Notes under the pieces: generated by a model
The model's input: the letters and a program-made list of their open reading frames with translations, nothing else
What the model was told of the DNA's origin: nothing
Databases searched by the model: none
Position numbers and translations under genes: made by a program
NCBI RefSeq assembly: GCF_009914755.1
Contig: NC_060930.1
Strand: one strand, 5' to 3'
From: the human T2T-CHM13v2.0 reference genome, Homo sapiens
DNA length: 64,000 nt
In this document: one piece after another, positions 59,300 through 64,000 of the stretch
How the letters are laid out: every line of letters begins with the position of its first letter
Position numbering within the stretch: position 1 is the stretch's first letter

Positions 59300-59730
59300 G
59301 GGTTGCCAATAAGGCTAATAGTGGATTTCTCAACAGAAACCTCAGAGGCCAGGAGAGAGTGAAGTGATAGAGTCCAAGTTCTAAGTAATTAAAAAAAAAA
59401 ACTACCAATGAAGAATACTTTACTTGACAAAGCTACCCTTCAGAAAGGAAGGTGAAATAGAGACTGTCCCAGAGAAACAAGAACTGAGGGAGATCAGCAT
59501 CACTAGACCTACTTTACAGAAAATGCTAAAGGGAGTTCTTCAAGCTGGAAAGAGAGGCTATTAATTATTAGGTTGGTGCGAAAGTAATTGCAATTCTCAC
59601 CATTACTTTTAATGGCAAAACTGCAATTACTTTTGCACCAGCCTAATAGTAACATGAAAACATATGAAAGAATAAAATTCACTGAAAAATGTAAATATAT
59701 AATCAAATTCATAATACTCTAATACTAACA
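59300..59730 (+). mobile_element. L1M ORF1 3' end / inter-ORF fragment
   Basis: gatttctcaacagaaacc...gccaggagagagtg...gaaggtgaaata...cactagacct...aatgctaaagggagttcttcaagctg. Confidence 0.85.
59568..59646. mobile_element. MADE1 (Hsmar1-derived MITE)
   Basis: 79-bp palindrome ttaggttggtgcgaaagtaattgc...gcaattacttttgcaccagcctaa flanked by TA; inserted in L1. Confidence 0.95.
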
Positions 59731-61137
59731 TACACATTAGAACCATAGCATCTTGTATAACATTACAAAAATGTACAGCTTCCTACACACCTAAATAAAT
59801 ATTTATTGTTTTAATGTACTATACTCATAACTTCCCTCAAAGATTTCCTCATAGCAAGAACAACAAAATGTTTTCTCAAGAATCTCAGAAGTCATGCAAT
59901 TCAGCAGTCTTCTAGAGAATGTTTTTCTCTAAGGCATGCTTGAAATGAAAGCTGTAAAAAGAGAAAAGAGACTATTACAGAATTAAGCAGAAGTAAATAG
60001 TGCCACATCTCCAAAGACTGTATACATAAGTAAAGAAAGCCAGATGGTCCTCTTCATTAAAAAGATATGAAATTTGATACCAACATGCAGAAAAAAATTT
60101 GGTGGTCAGATTTTCTTCAATTCTAAACTTCACCTTAGATTTCAGGTTAAATTGATTCTCCTGGAAAATTCTTCAAACTTTTTAATGACTCTATAGGGTT
60201 TATTTTTGGGGGATCAAGCTAGTGTTGTCCTTGTGTGTGTCATACCTTCCTGACTTTGGAATATTCCATGCTCTCCCTTTTTGAAAGTTTCTATTTTTTT
60301 AAGTTTATATAAATCTGTATTTAAAATCTTCTTTCATGTCTTATTTCTGTATTTTTCTCAGCATCTAAAGATAGAGTTCCATGCTTCTCTGTTTCTGCTT
60401 CTTTTTTCTCCTTCTGGACTCACTGTGCTATCTTTTCTTATTGTTTGTGTGTACTCTTGCTGTTAATGACTTATTATTTAATATATTATTGACTTTATTG
60501 CTTAATGTCAATATCATACAAAACTATTGTTAAAATTTTGCTATTGGGGTTAAGTATCATGTTCTTCTTATAAGGTGAGAATTAGTGTTAAAGTAGAAAA
60601 GTTCTGTCAAAACCTTATCTACACTGGCTGCTTAATGTATGATACTCATAACTTTCACATTGAGAATTAAATTGTGTTAGCATTCCCAGAGGCAATATAC
60701 TTGTGGAGGATGTAGTAACTAAATATTCATGGGCCCCTAGGCAAGCAGTGCATGGGCTTCAGGGAACCCAGAAACCCTCTGAAACACAGATTTTCAGTGT
60801 CTGAAATACGACAAATGTTTGTAATTCCTGAGAATTCCAATGATGTAAAGTATATGGAAGCTGTCTTCTCATAAGGCAATAGACTTTATCTAAATTTATT
60901 CTCAATTATTTGGACATGCATCCTTTTGCAGTTCTGTCACTTGATCTTTGTGATACTATATGCCACTCTTAAAAGTTTGGTTACTGGCATTTTGGGCTAT
61001 TTCACTCAATTCTCTAGGGGAATGTCATTTCTTCATTTCCAAATTTGTACCAAGGCAAGTGATTGAAGTTATTAAAATGAGTTAGAGCTGCTAATTTTAA
61101 AAGCTCAACTGCAGAGATTTTCATGGTATAAGTCCAG

Positions 61138-61318
61138 AAGTGGTTCAGTTGTGTAGGAGTTTGCAACTCCATGTCCATGTGCCCCTAAGGATCAGTGTAT
61201 AGGCTTCATGGGGTCCAGGAACCCTCGGAAATATTGAGTATTTGTGCATCTGTTCATTTTTTTTCTAGATAGCAAGTTGATTACTTTGTCATAGTCACCA
61301 TAAGATTAAGAATCATAA
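61138..61318. mobile_element. hAT-Charlie fragment (MER103-like); related piece at ~60715-60790
   Basis: cccctaaggatcagtgtataggcttcatggggtccaggaaccct...attaagaatca. Confidence 0.55.
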
Positions 61319-64000
61319 CCTTGAAGGGAGGCAGCATACGAAACCTGCATGGAGACTTTAGTGTGAAAACTTGTGTTAATTCATTGACAAAGGCCTAGCC
61401 AATAGTGACTCAGAGGAATCTGGGTGCCAGTGCCATTTACCTTAGGAAACACGGTATTTCCAAATGTATAAGGTGAGGGTGTGATGGTGTAGACATTTCT
61501 ACATCCTATCATTTCCCATTTTATGACAACCTAACAGCACCCAAATGTGGCATTTATTTTAAAATTGACTCAGTCATCTACAGAACCACAGTCGAGGGAA
61601 GTACAGAGGAAAGAAATAATTGCTATCCTTCCTTCCAAGCCACCAAAGCCAGTTAAGACAGGACATGCTGGACTTAGGAAAGATTTCTGGAAAGAGACTG
61701 CTGGTGCTTTTGCTATCCCTTGTATCAAATTTGTGGGAAGATTCCCTAAGTGGGTTCAAGATGTTTTGGAAAATTACAGAACCCAATCTTCAGGCAGTGG
61801 GAAGCAGTGAAAGTTTTGTCTGGATATTAATTGGCTCTGCATCTAATAGGAAATAAAGGCCCAGAGAAACCCTTTTGGCTGTCTCGTGGTACTCTGGATT
61901 TTTCCAGCTCAGTGTAATAAATAAGAGTCAAAATACCATCTTGTCTGGAGAAGAAAATCATAATATTTATAGGCTTTAGAACACTGGGGTTTTTTAAGGC
62001 TGAATAAAGAACTCTTATGTTGTCTGCTGTGTTTTTCTCCTCTTTCCTATCTTTATTTTTTCCTGATTCTCCTCTTTCAACCCCCCTTTTTTTTCTGAAA
62101 TGGAGATACTGATGAGGACCCTGAATTTTGCCAGTAAAGTTACAAGATGGTTACTCAAATAAGTTCTCCTGTTAAAACTCCTACCACTGTGTGAATTTAT
62201 TCTAAAACATTTTAAGACATGATTGTTTTAAGATTTGCTTAAACACCACCAAATAGACTGATATGTTACTTCAGCTTAGCAGGGCTTTTGGGTTTGGAGG
62301 TAGCTCCTAGCTCCTCTGTGCAGGGAAAAGAGGAGGAGTTTGGGGCATCAGATTCAAAATCTCCCAAGCTGATTAGATGGGTGCAGACTGGCACACTCCT
62401 TTACTTGGAGTTGGCAAGTGCCCTTCAGATGACCATGGACCAAAGAGCTATTACCTTTCCCATCTTCTTCCAGTAAGTACACACTAGTCTCCAAAGGAAG
62501 TGTAATTTGTCCTTTGACTGATTTCTTTCTAAGTGTCCTGAACAAGAGCAGAGTTTGAGTGTCTGGAATTAAGTCCTGGTAGAACATAGGTTCTCCTGTG
62601 GTCAGTCTTCCTTCAGAGGATGACTCAGGTGGATGCCCCTGCCTTCCATGATGCTAGCCTTCTCCTGACAATCCTTCTCATAGCCCCTCCCATGCAATCC
62701 TCTTTAACCCTTCACTATTCAGTGTTTCCGCCATCTCTCTCTGGACACACCCAACTCGCCAGAGTCTTTGCTCAGTCCCATGTGTAGTTCCAGTCTAGTC
62801 TTCAGGTAGCTTGACTGGATGTCAGCAGAGCTTTGTCTGCTCTAACAGGTGCTGTTTCCTCATGGCTGGAGGGGACTTCTGGTCGTAGGAAAGACGAGTT
62901 TGAGATAATGGAAGGTTCTCTTGTTGAAACTTGGCCCAATAACAGAACTGTGGTCTCATTTTTTTCTAGAAATTTTGGACACAAATAGTATGGTGACCAT
63001 GATAACTGATTTTTTCTTTCAAAAGTTTCCCAAGTTTAGTTTACATAAGAAATGCTTACTCAGTGTTTACGCGCCCCTCTTTACTCCTATTGTTAAAAAA
63101 CTATTCTTTGTGATTTTTTATGAAAGTGAAAAATTTGGCCGTATTATGTACAAAAGCATGATTCCCTTTTTTTTCATGCACCCCTTAGCCTCCCATCTCA
63201 ATGAAGCACACATTAATTGACAATGCTTTTGCATTTCTGACAAATGGCATCTTGTTTCCAAATTTCTCATTAGTCCTCAAGCTTCATCCTTTTAGCACAG
63301 AAAGGGATTTTAGTGCTTCTTTCCAAATGAGAAATTATGAGACACAGATTCCTTAGACAGTATGGCCAAGGATGCTGTCAAGTCCTTGATGTATTGGAGT
63401 TTTTTAATATCCTTGCCATAAGGGGATGGAGTAGGGATATACCCATTTGAAGTCTTGGTTATCAGTTTCTACCTTGCCTAAGGTGGATTTATGGTTTGGG
63501 GATTCAAAATCAGGACCAAGTCTTGAATTAAGTTCAGGGCTTGGAGGGAAGCTGTCATGATGTTTAGTGTGATCCAGACATCAGCCAGAATTGTTCTCAT
63601 GGTACAAATTCCCTCAAAGTAGAATTTGATGAATTTCACCGGACATAAACAGTGCATTGTAATATATTCACATAAACAGGTGAATGCTCTCAGAACACTT
63701 TAAAAATGATAAAAACCTACCTTACCTTACAAATCTCGAGAGGTATGTGTAATGATGATCATTTAGGAAGTTAGAAAAAAAGACAGACTAACAGGAAAGA
63801 ATAAGTCATAAGTATAGAGAGCATCTTGGGAAGGGTGACAAAGGAGCTGGCCACACAGGCAGTGAGTGAAAAAATATGGCATTGAGTGTATGTATTATAA
63901 AATAGGTTATCTTTGTAACTATGTATAAAGCCTACAGAATCTTTGCATAATTTAGTTTCCTTTTTGGTTGATGTTTTAAAATCGATCTTTTAAACAAAAA

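Noticed and set aside
61547-61856. Overlapping 70-87 aa ORFs in unique sequence
   Set aside because: No recognisable homology or convincing splice sites; within chance expectation

Overview
This is primate, most likely human, non-coding genomic DNA: AT-rich, CpG-depleted, with no CpG island. I recognise no protein-coding gene, rRNA, tRNA or CRISPR array. The listed ORFs are Alu/LTR/L1-derived or chance ORFs. The window is dominated by interspersed repeats: 14 Alus, many MaLR/ERV1/ERVL LTRs, L1/L2/MIR fragments and DNA-transposon MITEs (MER53, MADE1, Tigger3a, MER58A). Two two-LTR proviruses can be reconstructed. One is a minus-strand MER93-type ERV1 (41856-47076) with a tRNA-Leu PBS. The other is a plus-strand LTR16/ERV-L element (~49790-56570) with fossil protease, RT, integrase and dUTPase motifs. 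The most interesting observations are a tailless, doubly truncated AluY replacing LTR sequence, an L1 ending just after an internal AATAAA with intact TSDs, miRNA-family-related hairpin MITEs, a dense AP-1/TEAD motif cluster and a few candidate unannotated exons. I found no convincing new biological system. Repeat family names come from memory of consensus sequences, and boundaries of old elements are approximate.
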